A stretch of 64,000 nucleotides of DNA. It comes from Patellaria atrata CBS 101060. Taxonomy: Eukaryota. This document shows positions 38,053-51,320 of the stretch, in pieces. Location of the stretch: contig MU006092.1 of NCBI GenBank assembly GCA_010093705.1, forward strand, positions 874,623 to 938,622. Reading direction: 5' to 3'. A program made the position numbers and the translations under genes. The notes beneath the pieces are model-generated. The model made no database searches, was not told where the DNA came from, and saw only the letters and a program-made list of their open reading frames with translations. Numbering within the stretch: the first letter of the stretch is position 1; the number at the start of each line of letters is the position of its first letter.

Positions 38053-41000
38053 CTCCTGTTGGTTATCTGTACGAAGATAAATATATCTAAACTTTTTCGT
38101 TTGAGCCGTGGTTCTCAATGTGAACGGATCACGGGCTTGGCAGGTGGATCCGGTGTTGCGCCCGGCGCAGTGCTGTTTGTTGAGTGAAGTTTCATCTACA
38201 AAAAAAGTGATTATCAAGATAAGAATAGGTAGACCGCATAGTTCGGAGGGTTGTTAGGATGGTGGAAGTGACCAGGCGTGGGAGAAGGTAGGTGGTGTAC
38301 AATACGGCTACATGGCCGTCCCCTCCGACAAAAGGACATGCATCAGTGGCACCAAAAGGCCAAGGTTCTCTTAGATGATTACGGCTCTGACTGTGAGTTG
38401 ACAAATCGGCATGGAATAGGCGGGAGGAGTGGTGATTCATATAAATATTGGAGTAACCTGAATACTGATAAGATAAATATAAATATATATACATATATAT
38501 GGTGAAGTTGTGATGGAGTGAACGAATGTCAGGATGTTGTCTATCGATAAATGCAATCCATTCAAAAAGGGGACAAATGCTCCCCATCTCAGATCCACTG
38601 TCTGCTTCATGGACTTATTATTCTCCCTTTGATCATATACAATTCGGTATCCTATAATAGTCTATTTACACCTATGATCGCTATTGACACAAAACTGAAA
38701 AATTGGATATCTAACTACATGGTATCCGTACTCTTCATTCTTTGTCCATTGCAGTGACGGGAATTCAACTCGTTCGAAATCTTTCATTACCATAAATTAC
38801 CATAGATTACCATCGTAGCATTCTAGAAATTCTCGCCTCTTATTGGTCTATCGGGGAGGATTCAAAGGAAACTTGTAAAGAAACATTTTGATAACCTTAG
38901 GTCCAAAAATGGTACACTTCCGTTACAGAAGCTCCCGTCAAATTACAACCTAATCCGATGCATCGAGTTGAATAGGAGGTCAAATCAAATTCTACCTTTG
39001 CCAGGGACGAAACCGCATTAGAACCAGATGTGGACAACTCGCCGCTAGCACCTTGTCGCATTACTGCTTCATATGGTGGGTACGCTATTCGTTTTGTTCC
39101 CTGGTGCTCCTGGTGTACTGAGCTAATGCTCTCAAAAAGGGGTTGACTCTAGTGAGTAACAAGAGACTGCAAGCTGTACATACCAACGTCTACACCGCAA
39201 AATCCTCTTCGTGTCTTCGATGTGCAAATCATCACCTCCTGCATCTTCCAAACATCGGTTTCGTAAATATAGACTTCCGATAAGAGGTTTGCGGAATTGA
39301 ACGCTCTCTCACGGAAGCTCGAATTGCGGGTAGAAGCAGTGCTCAGTTCACTTTCAAGTCGTTAACGCAGCGGATCTTGTAGAGCTGCAGATTGTATCCG
39401 CCAACTTAATCATGATGTCTCTCCCACTCATTATGTGGAGGTTGTGATTGCGAAAGACAAAGGACTGATGCTCGTATCTGTGGTATTTTTGGTGACGCTG
39501 AGAACGTCTTCTAACTCTTTGGCCATCCAGACTGGTATACTGCATAGAAACCCAAATGTCTTCTCATAAAGCTCCCGTCTCGAATCACTTGTATGCTCGA
39601 TCAGGTCAATGCCTCGTTGAAGCAACTTGTGCAGCATCCTCGTGTAGAGTAAAGGATCGCTGAGCAGAATAAGGTCCTCTTTGATGGCCATCTAAGGGTA
39701 TTTCCTTTGAATGAATTGTTGGTATTGGTCTTTGAAATTTTTTCTACCGACTTGATAACCATCTTCTCCTCAGATTGGGCGATTGCTACGATGAATTTCT
39801 ATAGTCGTTTTATACCACAGCACTGAGAATGAGGGGGTTTTCGGGATCATCCTTCTCCAACACTGGGCTCAATAGTGCTCGTCATCCAACATTGTAGTTT
39901 CGAATTCAGTCATTACGTAGGCGATAATCTTGGATAGGAATTCTCAATGGGAAATTTTCGTAAAAATGAGAGTCCAGAGCAGCCAGGGTCTCTGGCCTAA
40001 GCGCATAGAGTAGAGCCGCCACAAGGGTCAAGAAGGACCAGACCGTCAACTGAATCCAGTGGGGGATGGAGAGATATTCTAAGTATTAGCTACTTGTGCT
40101 TAAGATAGGAGAAATCACTTTTTACAAAGGGGATACTCATGTACCGATGGGTTTACGCATTTTGATACAGTATATCACTGACAGTCTCTGAGATAGGACT
40201 AAGTTAGTCTTCAAGGAAACCCGATAAGGGGTGCTCCCCCATTTGGTACCGAGCATCATATTACTCGACAGCACTATACCATACTCTGTATAGTCATAGC
40301 TGCTGCATTCCTCATCCAGAATCCAGCTAGCAATAATGTTCTTGATTTATACAGTACGGAAGTGTTCCATCAAAAGTGGTGCATGAAGTCGTGGAGAACT
40401 GTCAAGATACATACCTTAGCGTGAACTACATTAGGTTAGTGTCGTCTTCTCCGATCGGCAAAGCGTCGGTAAGCTTTCCCCACATTCTTCTAGCCCACCT
40501 CGTGCTCGTTAACCCAACCTTGGCCACATTACCCTATCTACCATTACTTCTACCTCGGTTTCAAACTATGATGAGACTGCCGTGACTGCTCATCTCACCA
40601 TTAACTACACACGTAGTAGTACGCACTCATAGTTTGTATACTACTGGTAAACATGTCATCGCGAGGTTGCATGGCGCCGCATTACTCGCAGCAAGCACGC
40701 GGGATCACACGCCACCGATGAAGTTTTTCAGGAGCGTATGCGAGATTCGTGGTGAATTTCTTCGTTATTTCCGCAAGTTGGGATAAGTCTCCTTCTGTTT
40801 TGATCGCTTGATCAGCAAAATGGGAGTGAGGAGTGAGCATAGCGAGTTCGGATGCGAAGGCCAATTCCGTCGCCAGTTGCCACGATCAACGTGCCCATGA
40901 GCTGCAGAGGTACATAAACTGTCCTTTATCCCTGGTGCATGCCCTCTCCCCGGTAATTCTGTTGTCATAGATGGTAGGTAGGGTAGCAGTCTTTTTCGCA

Positions 41001-41058
41001 AAAGTGGAATTTTGGCAGCGACTGTAACCTCCCTTCAACTCCCATCTAATATACTACA

Positions 41059-42738
41059 ATGGGCTTCTTTGCCAAAGAGAGTATGTTATCTGTCCAAATC
41101 ATCTACCCTTGCTACGAATGTTAGCTGAACCCGATCATAGAAATTCGTCACGACGAGGAAGTGCAGGACCCGACACAGGAAACAGCTCCGTCCTATACTT
41201 ACGCGCAGAACGACGGACACATCGAATATGATGATGATTTACACGTCCCATGCCCCCCTCACACCACGGAGCGAAAATTGGTGACAAAGATTGATCTTCA
41301 CGTGCTTCCGTTCCTGTGTATACTTTACCTCCTTGCATTTTTGGACCGGTAAGACCAATCCTTGCCTGACATCCGATAGATGTATACTGACCCTTCAAAG
41401 AGTCAACATCTCAAATGCCAATATCTTCGGTTTGTCGAAAGAGTTGGATTTGGAGCGCGATAGTCGGTACAACAATGCCCTTGTCATCTTCTTCGTACCC
41501 TATATTCTGTTTGAGATTCCGTCCAATTTGATCCTCAAAAAACTGAGGCCTCATGTCTGGCGTAAGTCCACTCCTAACAGCTCCTAGAAATATCTCTAAA
41601 CGTATTAGTATCACTTTGCATGTTTGGATTTGGTCTCGTGACTATGTTACAAGGCTTTGTTCAAAACTACGAAGGACTCCTGACGACCCGCTTCTTCCTG
41701 GGCGTATTCGAAACTGGGATGTTTCCCGGTTGCTTCTATTTGATCGGCATGTGGTACAGACGCCATGAGGCTCAGAGACGGTATACCTTCTTCTTCAGCT
41801 CAACAACCTTGGCTGGCGCCTTTGGAGGTCTTCTCGCCAGTGCCATCGGAAAGATGGACGGAATGAAGGGGTATCGTGGATGGAGATGGATCTTTATTCT
41901 CGAAGGCGTCTTGACAGTCCTCGTCTCTATCGCTTTCTTCTTCTTGATTCCCGACTTCCCAGAGGACGTGAAATGGCTGACGACCGAAGAACGAGCATAC
42001 GTACAAGCAAGGCTACGTGTCGATCAAGGTAGATCCGCCTTGGAACGTCGCATCACATTTCAAGACGTCAGGAATGTTTTCAAGGATCCCAAAATCTTCG
42101 CCGGCGGCTTCATGTACTTTGGTCTTATCGTCCCGGCCTATGGATATGCCTACTTTTCCCCCGGCATCATTCAAAGCTACGGGTACTCGCGCATCCAGAC
42201 TCAACTGCACAGCGTCCCGCCCTGGGCCGCCGCGTTCGTTTTCGCCATGATCGTGGCGTATATCTCCGACAAGATTCGGCATCGCTTCGCCTTCACCATC
42301 ATATGCATCTCCATTTGTATCGTCGGCTTTGGGATTTTGATAGCCGTCCACGACAACACGAAACTCCAATATGGAGCACTGTTCCTCGTCGCGATAGGAG
42401 CATATAGCGCCATGCCCATAATCGTATGCTGGTTCAATATGAATCTTGGCGGTCATCATCGTAGGAGCGTAGGTAGCGCCTGGCAAGTTGCTTTCGGAAA
42501 CATTGGAGGTATTATCGCTGTTTACGCGTTCATGCAGAAGGATGCGCCGAAGTACATCACGGGATACAGTATCTGCATTGCGTTCGTGATACTCAGTGGC
42601 TTGAGTTGTCTTATATACTTTATCCTGGTTTCATATCAGAACAGGAAGAGGAATAAGATGGGGGCAGATTTGGGATTGACGGAGCATGAGAAGACGGAGA
42701 TGGGAGATAATAGTCCGGACTATCGCTACCTCTTGTAA
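41059..42738 (+). CDS. MFS transporter, allantoate/nicotinate permease (DAL5/TNA1, ACS) family; 4 exons
   Basis: ERKLVTKIDLHVLP...LAFLDR|VNISNA; PYILFEIPSN; RFFLGVFETGMFPG; GWRWIFILEG; NLGGHHRRSVG; GNIGG; GDNSPDYRYLL. Confidence 0.92.
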
Positions 42739-42965
42739 AGGTTTCTGTTTTTTTTTTTTTAAGGCTATTAGGCTAGTTGGATCTGAGTAGCGTTTAGGTG
42801 AAGCTAAAGAATTTGACTGCTATTTAGTTCGAGTCGACTTTTATGTGTAAATTTTCGACAAAGCATCGAAAAGCTGTGTACAAGGATGTGGTACAGTGCA
42901 CTCCTACCCCCTCCCCACAACACGACCATTCAAGGTCACTATGATTCTTTCCCCGTCTTTAACCC

Positions 42966-44415
42966 CTACAAGTTCGACTTGAGTCCATGCTCCCCATACG
43001 TCAACGGCCACCTCCCCATCTTATACGTCTCCCACGCCTTCTCGACCTCCGCGTGGGCATCGTACCCGAACAAGAACCTCTGAAGAACGGGATCCCTCCA
43101 CCGATTCGGAAACCCCCTGAACGGCTCCTCCTCCACGAACTGCCTATCCCTCTCCCTTTGCCTCTCCCCGTCCTCCAAATGATACGTCTCCCCGTACGCC
43201 GCAGCCTCGTTCACGATAGCCGTCGTCCTCGGCTTCCGCAGCCCCTCGTAGATGACGAGTATGTCCCTCAGCTGGGCCTTCCGCTCCACCTTCTCCATGA
43301 GCGCACCGAGCACCGCGCCGTCCTCGATCGCCATGGCGGCGCCCTGCGCGAGATATGGCAGCGTCGCGTGACACGCGTCGCCGAGGAGCGCGAACTTCCC
43401 CCCCGCGTGGCTCCACTTGCGCAGCTCGATGCTGCTCTGGAGGCGCCACTTGCTCGTCTCGCGCACCATGCCCAGCAGCGTGCGGAACACGGGATCCCAG
43501 GTGGCGAAGAGATCCCACATCTCCTGCAGGTCGGCCTTCTGGGTGTTGACGAGCGCGGGCAGGGTGTCTGGACACGCGATGACGATGTTGAAGAGGTCGC
43601 CGGCGTGCATGAGGTAGCAGACTGCGTGGGCGCCGGGGCCGATCCAGTAGTTGATCGAGGGGTTGTCGATCAGATCGCTGAGTTCGGCGCGCTGGCGCAT
43701 GTCTGATGCTTTTACGACGGCGCGGTATGCGAGGTCGCCGGTGTCCCTTGGGGGGTCGGGATGTCCGAGCAGTTGCTCTCTGCAAACTGACCGCAGCCCG
43801 TCTGCGCCTATGATCACGTCGGCCGTGAAGTCCGGTTTCCCTTTGATCTTCACGGCCGGCCTGTCGAAATCGATCGATGTGACGGCGGAGCCGAGTTTGA
43901 TGACGGCGCCGGCTTGAATCGTGGCGTCGGCGAGGATCTTGTGTAGTTCGGCACGGTGGACGTGGAGGTATGGATTCCCGTACTCGGTCTCCGTGAACGG
44001 CCTGACGTTCTGCCGCGACAGCACCTTGCCGTCCGAATACCGCCTCAACACAAAGTCCCGTGGCCGCACGCTCACGGCCTCGACCTTCTCCAGGAGGCCG
44101 TACCGCCTCAGGATGCGGGATGAGTTGGGCGGGATCTGGATCCCGGCTCCTACCTGTGCTCGTACGTCTCATCAGTCCGTTTTGAGGCTGCACAAAGTGT
44201 GGAGAGATGACATCTCAGGATTACGAAAGGGGATTGACATGGGAGTGGAAAGTGAAGGCAAGGTAAAGTGAGAAACTCCCTGCACCTACCTCCCCAAGCA
44301 CCTCCGCTTGCTCCAAGACGGTGACTCTATGTCCTGCCCTTGAGATCCCAATTGCGGCGGCCAGACCCCCGAGTCCTGCGCCTATGATTGCGACGTGGTA
44401 CTGTGGCTTTTCCAT
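42966..44415 (-). CDS. FAD-dependent monooxygenase (group A, salicylate-hydroxylase-like); intron 44289-44154
   Basis: VAIIGAGLGGLAAA (GxGxxG); E|VGAGIQIPPNSSRIL; HRAELH; DVIIGADGLRS (DG); LLGDACHATLPYLAQGAAMAIEDG (GD). Confidence 0.92.
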
Positions 44416-45682
44416 AGTCCGACACTTCATCGTTACGATAAAGATATATGCACTCAAGACTTGACGCGTATACGCGAACAAGGTAGAAAACCTGGGGCCG
44501 ATGAAGCACAAAGATAGACTTTGCAGCTTGGGTATGCGCCCAGACGGTACAGAATCAGGAGAGAACGAATCGACTCAAGGAGAGAGAATGGAGAGAAATC
44601 TCCATGATGGATACACGCATTACTACGGTTATACCTATACTCGTACGATATGCTGCATAATTTATTAGGTTGAGCGTACATCGCTTTGCTGGAGAGGTTT
44701 GAGGGGACGTGGGGAAATTGTCTTGTCGGGTTCTGTGATCGGTACTTCGTCTGCTCATCCTCTCTTTCTAGGAATCTTAGGGAATTCTATGTAAAACAAA
44801 CCCGCGGAGCCGACATATGTCGTATCAGCTTTGTACGCTTTGTACATTTATCAATAGAGCATCCCGCATACTTTCATATCTAAAAACTGTAGTGCAACGT
44901 GGCTATCCCCAGGATAGTTCACATGTCTCAGGGGAAAAAGTAGCGTATCGCAATAGTACACTACCCCAATTGTAGGTAAATAGATATATGTTAGTTGATA
45001 TAGCACTATCTCATCTATACAAACGGAATTAGATAGACCCCGAAAATGCCCAGGGTACGCAAAGTAGCAGCGTCGCGCCCTGTCGTGAACCGCGCGGCAA
45101 CAGCCATGTCCTCTGAGACGAAAACATCTGCCCCTCTTGATGTAAGAAACTTGATTCTTCATCCTCGCACGGAACCTTCGAATCACTATCCCTAAAGTTG
45201 GTACAACGAAAAATATGAAATGTTTGGGTATCTTGAACCCATGACTGCGCTTTTCCCACTTATCGACAGAGGAGAACAGGGGGTATAGCCGCCGTACAGA
45301 GGAGAAGCACCAAGAAATCAACAAAAGAGATGTGTTCCTTTTTCGGCTGTCGAGCCCAAAGCTACTGTTCCGTAAGACCTTCAGATGACCCTAGTATGGT
45401 GTCCCTCTGTGTGAGGGACTTTGAGATCCACAATATGACCAAGGAACCCAGGCATTGCTGCCCTAATCTAAGAGTCCCTTTCTATATACACTCCCATCTT
45501 CTAGATAGCTCCGGAAAGACCAACAAATGAAATTCGTGAGCATAAAAGGAACGTCGTTGCGTCGTAAGCGCTAAATGTAACTGTGAATGTGGAAAATGAA
45601 ACCATTACCGCCATCCTCATTCATCATATCAGGGATACTATTACACAATGAGAGATAGGAGAGATTCGTCGGGATAATTAGG

Positions 45683-47329
45683 TCACACCGATGTGCCAAC
45701 ACCAGTAGATGGTCGACGGAAGAGTGAGCCCGATAATTTCATGTCTCCAAGAAACCGAAGGAAAGCAGACTTTTTCGAAGGTCGCCGTTGTATTTGCGCC
45801 GCAAACTGAACCATTGGGCCCACGATATCTTCGTCTCCTAAAGTGGGAAATTTTCCCTCGCTCCGTGGATCGTTAAGAGTGGGCATTTTGCTCAACGGTG
45901 CGGGTTCGGAGGGGGTGGCCATCAGAGCGTCCTGACCTGATCTTGCTGCTTCTGCACAACATTGGTCGTAGCTTCTTTTCCATCGTGCATCAATCTCAGC
46001 CCACTTTTCATCAGTTAATTTATAGATTTTTGAATTGGTACCAAAGTGCTCTCCAGTGCGAACTTGGTGCTTGGTGAAGTTTCGCCGTGCTTGTTCCCAA
46101 TCCGCAAATAACTGACGGCAAGTGCTGGAATCGTATATTTCCACGGAGTATGGCTCGGGGAAGATGGTAAAGTTGGCGTGACCCAGTTTGTCTGCCCACT
46201 TATCATCTGGATCAGCAATCATCATCGGTGGATATTCTGCGGAGGAGACCATATAACCGGATCGATGAAGCGATGCAATTGATGGTGGAGATGATAGTGG
46301 GGGAGTGATTGTGCTCGGAATACCAGGTGTGCCAGTGGGAGTGTTCACAATCGAGGACGGTGCTTCCGCGATAGTCGGCGACTGCAAGGGGGATTGAATT
46401 GGGCTATCTTGACTAGAACGCAAGTCCACCATCAACGGGGGAAGCAGAGGAGTGGACGCAAGTGCTTGCCGATCGATTGGGTCGCATTCAATAACAGTCT
46501 CCACGATATCTTCCTGCGTAGGCGTGGTTTCATCCGCAAGGTCGTGTGATTCATGAGATGGAGACGGAATGCTTTGGCATTGTTGCTCTTCTACCGGTGG
46601 AAACACTGGACTGGTCAAGGATAATGATCGAAGTGAAGCTGTTCGGGAAGGTGTAGCGCTGCGCGAGATCTGACCGGGGACTGCAGATTTTCTATCCGAC
46701 CGTCGTCTAGAAAGCGTAGGAAATCTGTTACCGAACCGAGCCGCAATGCCACTCAGAGGGGAGTCGCCCGACCTCCGTCTCTTTGCCATGTGCGGATTGG
46801 TGAAGTCGGAATCGTTATAGTACCAGTCATCGGAAAGATCGTAATGTGGGCTGGAAGAAAATGCAGCGGTGGATTGACCGATTGGAGAAGTATCGTGTGC
46901 ACACCTTTCTTCATCACCTGCTACAAGGTTAGATTGGTGCGAGGAGTCAGGACATGACGAGAGACAGGTACATAGACAGGGTGTATATTCAAAATCGCGG
47001 TCTCTATGTTCCAGCACCACAAATTCATCGTCAACTTCCATAGGATCCTCCATCACGCCTGGTAGCTTATTCGTCGAGCCATTATGCTCCACATGGTCAT
47101 AAATGGGTGGACTCGAGGATAAGGACGAGGTCGAGCTTGGATAGCGCATGTGCGAGCGTGTGGAAAAGGTTGGCGTCAACGGGGTGGAGCATTCGGATGC
47201 GACTGATGGCGATGAGTCGGAAGAATGAGTTAAAGTAGTGAGCTGCGAAGAGACCAAATCGTCGACAGGAGTGTTGCTCGAGTATTTGGCTGCAACGAGC
47301 CTCGGTAGTTGCAACGGTCTGAGTGGCAT
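45683..47329 (-). CDS. Uncharacterised Ser/Pro-rich fungal protein; probable in-frame intron 46971-46918
   Basis: 548-aa ORF with LASTPLLPPL, QSPLQSPTIA, DKWADKLGHANFTIFPEPY, HFGTNSKIYKLTDEKW, GKFPTLGDEDIVGPM blocks. Confidence 0.8.
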   Translation of the reverse strand: MPLRPLQLPRLVAAKYSSNTPVDDLVSSQLTTLTHSSDSSPSVASECSTPLTPTFSTRSHMRYPSSTSSLSSSPPIYDHVEHNGSTNKLPGVMEDPMEVDDEFVVLEHRDRDFEYTPCLCTCLSSCPDSSHQSNLVAGDEERCAHDTSPIGQSTAAFSSSPHYDLSDDWYYNDSDFTNPHMAKRRRSGDSPLSGIAARFGNRFPTLSRRRSDRKSAVPGQISRSATPSRTASLRSLSLTSPVFPPVEEQQCQSIPSPSHESHDLADETTPTQEDIVETVIECDPIDRQALASTPLLPPLMVDLRSSQDSPIQSPLQSPTIAEAPSSIVNTPTGTPGIPSTITPPLSSPPSIASLHRSGYMVSSAEYPPMMIADPDDKWADKLGHANFTIFPEPYSVEIYDSSTCRQLFADWEQARRNFTKHQVRTGEHFGTNSKIYKLTDEKWAEIDARWKRSYDQCCAEAARSGQDALMATPSEPAPLSKMPTLNDPRSEGKFPTLGDEDIVGPMVQFAAQIQRRPSKKSAFLRFLGDMKLSGSLFRRPSTGVGTSV

Positions 47330-50300
47330 ATCGCGTTGATATTCATGTGTATATGAAGCTGTTGACGAGTTATAGTAGGATGGTTGAGGGTAAGGTAGAT
47401 ATGTTTAGTGACGGAGCTTTAGTCTCTGTTAGGATGGCCAATCCATTTAATGGTCAGATGATGAGAGAAGGCGGACGCGCAAGAGGTTGTCTTTTGTAGG
47501 TAAAGGCGTGTTCCAGTGTTCAGTGTATATTTGTCCTGGATAGGTAGTGGTGGCTGATAGGGACTTGGTTTTGGAGGGTGCCACGACGGCTTGTTGTCCA
47601 CGTCGAACGTCGAAAGAGCTTGGGGGAATGATGGGGGGGAAGGGGGTGATCGCTTGAGGGTTGAGGGGTGGTCGTGGCCCAAGGCCCGGTTTATCAGATT
47701 TTTTTCGTGTGCAATGTCAGACTGCTTCGGCCCCAGCACCCAAAGCGGATTTGATGCACGTGAAACAGCCAGAATTCACGTACAATTTATCGGATGGGTA
47801 TACTGTACATAAAATGGACTGTCACTCGTGGGCTGCTTCTTGTGTCTCTCTCACCCCGATGAATTGATCAATGATGAGGGCAATTCGGGTGAGTTGAAGG
47901 AGCAGCGCATGCAGTGGAAGAGAATGAAGAAGTTTTCTGTCGGAATTGGAAAAGAGGGTTCAAATTGCTCACCCAAATGGAAGAGCCTGAGCACTGAGCA
48001 GTTATGATTATTACAAAGTACGAAAAGCCGCCGATGAGGATTTTTAGGAGCGGGCATCGCCTCTAGTTCTATAGCATAAGTACCACCCCGACTCTTTACC
48101 CTCCCTCAAACGGACTTTTTTTTTTAGACTTGCCTACTGGCTTTCTCAATCTTAGTCCTCGAAAGCCCATGAGGAAGCACGGGATTTAGTTCTACGGTAC
48201 CTCTCCTGTAGGTCTAAACAACATACAGTACATAAACTCATTACTGGAGCTGTACCTTACCGGTAGATTCTCACAGGCATCCTTACTTACGGGCTCGCCC
48301 GAAAAGGTATCTATCTTTTAGGGCATACATGGGGCTACCAGTTCCCGATGTTCCCTCCCAAAGTTCTGCTTAAAGAGTCTGACAAACCAACAACAACCGT
48401 CCAAGGTTCGAAACGGCATATCACCTTGCATTGTTGTAAGTCGAACATACCGGAAATAGGGTCAGCGTAGGTAAAGCTCTGCTCTTTTCCACCCTTCTCC
48501 TCAAGATGTTCTTTCGTTCACCTTGAAGGAGACATTGGAAAGCGTCGGCTGCGCCCATAATCTCTCCGTTGTTCAGCTGCTTTAACCCTCAGGTTTTGGG
48601 AGGGTACAGTACAGATTGAATTTGATATGGTAGTACTTTGTTGCAAGGAATCATGATGAAAGTAATCGCACCATTGAACGAATTTCTTTTGCACGGCAGT
48701 AGCATTCATAGTACATGTACCCTATGAGATACAAGTACGGTTCTGTTAATTGGGAATCCCAGGCTGTTAGTGGAAAAAATGAGCAAAGCAATATCAGCCG
48801 AGCTAAGTTGAAGTCTGTAGCCGCGAACAGATATCAATATCGGATTATCTCCGTACCCGCTAGTGCACTAATTAATATAATTTTTCTTCTAGAAAGAAGT
48901 GAAAATGTGGATTCTGAGTGCAAAAATTTTCCCCAGCACTTTCTTTCTATTAATCATCATCATCTCACCAGCCAAGGTGGGTAAAGGAGAGGACTTTGAA
49001 AAGTCCGTCAACGTTACGATGTAACAAAACAGCCAGTTGGTCGACAGTAAGTCCACTCAGGGCAAAATAGCCGTCTGACTGGTAGATTCTTCAAAAGAAA
49101 ATGTCACTTACGTGGCGCCACTCCGGTACTGGAGGAATATACAGTACCTAGGCGAATAACTGGCTTGATGGATGATGGAATGATGGATCCTGTCCCGTGT
49201 CCGGTGGAAGAAGTAACGGGAAAAAGTAACGGGAAAATTTCCTCAGTCCTTCCGAGTTTCGCTACCCTCAATCAAGCCGAATGATTTGATGTACTGTATG
49301 AAGAAAGAAACTTGTTGTTGAATTCTTTTGGTGAGAAGAGAGCACAAATTCTGGTGGGAAAAGAGCTATCCAGGTCGCCGGGTCGAGTTGGGTGGTGGTT
49401 GTTTCAAATTGTACATCTGTTCCTGCTTCCGTTGTCTGAGCGTACCTGGCATCGGGAGACGAAAAGAGCTTCGCAGGCTTCGCAGCCTTTCGCTGGGCGG
49501 AATGGAGGGTGAGACTTTACTCCGGGAGTTGCAAATTGTCGCCGTCGAGAGCAGATTATTGGTCTCAATCTCCCAGCGCTTTCTCTTCCACACATGCCGA
49601 TCTGACCTTTTCTTTTCTGCTTCGCCTGATCCTCCCACGCCGTTATCCTGCAGCCTCATCCGGGAACATCCCGTTTGACTTTGACGTCAAGCAGTTAGAA
49701 GTGAGAAGAGTCTGGGCTACCTAAGAACTAGCACCGCTGGCAATACCTTGTCGTTAACTGGCAAAGCCGAGCGTCAGGCCAGCACATCCACGACATCAAC
49801 GACTTCTCCTCACTCCTCGCCAACCCGCTACCCTCTGTGTGGTCAATTTATGAGTATGTTCCTGTACTGTGCCTCCTCACCGCAACACGCACCCTCTCCT
49901 CCACATGCTTTTCCTATGCAGACAACCTCTTTTTCCTATCACGTCAGCAGCACCTTCGCATATCATTCGAGGAAGAAGCAATCGAGCTGCAAGTCTCTTC
50001 TCGTAAGGCATTCAGTGTGCATCGTGAGGTGAGTGCATCACAACTTCCGGACGGCCGCGTTAGATCCTTCCTGGGGAAGCCTGTGGGAGATTATATTGGT
50101 AGGTAAGGTAGTTGAAAATGATTTGTTAGATCATCAGAAATTATGAGTTGTGATAGTTCTGGTTTAGACGACTGTCAAACATCATCACTATCGGCACTAA
50201 CAGACTCCATACTTGTGTAAGTACCGTACAGCTCAGTACTGAGGTGTCTGAAGCACCATTAAAGTACAGTACAGGGCTGATGATCTACTACTGCGGGAGT

Positions 50301-51320
50301 GGGAAGGGCGGCATAGGTGGACAAACGGCTCTCGCCAATCGAGCATCTTCCCGTACCGTACCCGTTATCGCTTGCGTGCTTACAGTTGAAAAGTCCTGTA
50401 GTTAATATCGCCGATATTGTAGAACAAAAGTATTCTTCTGTACGCTTAGTTGGGACCTTGCAGAAATTAGCTCTACGACCAACGTGGTGTATTTCAATTT
50501 GTGATAGGAGTTCTACATCGTGTGTATGCGGGTTCTCAATGTGTACATTTCCCCTTTGGTACTTGTCACACTTTCATCCACCACTCAGTTTCTCATTCAT
50601 ATCGGGTCGGCGATAGTGTAAGGGGAAAAATTTTCAGTCGGTCAGTACTGTACAGTACAAGCATCAACGTGCCACCACAGTCTGAACCAGAGAGCAGCAT
50701 GCACGCATTACTTATCCTGACGGAAAGACATCTCTCCTGTCAATCTTGGTACTCTCAGTTGTCGAAATACCTTTACCGCAAGGTGCTGACCATACCCTCA
50801 AGTGTGGAATATCATTTTACCTAGTTAATATGCTCTAATATTGTAACGGTATGCAGTTTTGTACGTGGCTCGTAGCTATTATCCCCGAAACCCCACTCAA
50901 TAGTATATGGAGGGTGAACAAGAACTACGATTGCGAGGAAAGAGTAGAGGCGAATAGTAGAAACTTGAGACCGGCCGAAGAGTATTGTTGTTTGCGTTCC
51001 ATGATTGCACTTTCTGACAGCAAACATCCTTCAGTACTTGGTAATATAAGGACTTCGAAGTGGTGATCTGTGCTCTTCTTCATCTTCTATATGCTGCAAC
51101 TTTCGATAAGGCGATGTTTCCACGTTGCATTGTGGGTATAGAGTCTACCGCCAATGACGATGGATGCCAAATCTTTCTGTGTCATCACTGACACCGCAGG
51201 ACCACCGAGCGGTCAAACTTTTCGAACAGAGCTATCATACATAATAAACTAATCTAGTCTTGGGATAGAATTAGCATTAGTATCAAACCAAAAGAACTTG
51301 TCATTATCGCTCGGTGCTTG

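Noticed and set aside
42987..44193. Long alternative-frame (349 aa) and antisense (239 aa) ORFs over the FAD monooxygenase
   Set aside because: Expected shadow ORFs of a high-GC3 gene; Arg/Pro-rich with no motifs
49211..49236. 13-bp direct repeat AAGTAACGGGAAA x2
   Set aside because: Simple local duplication with no other support
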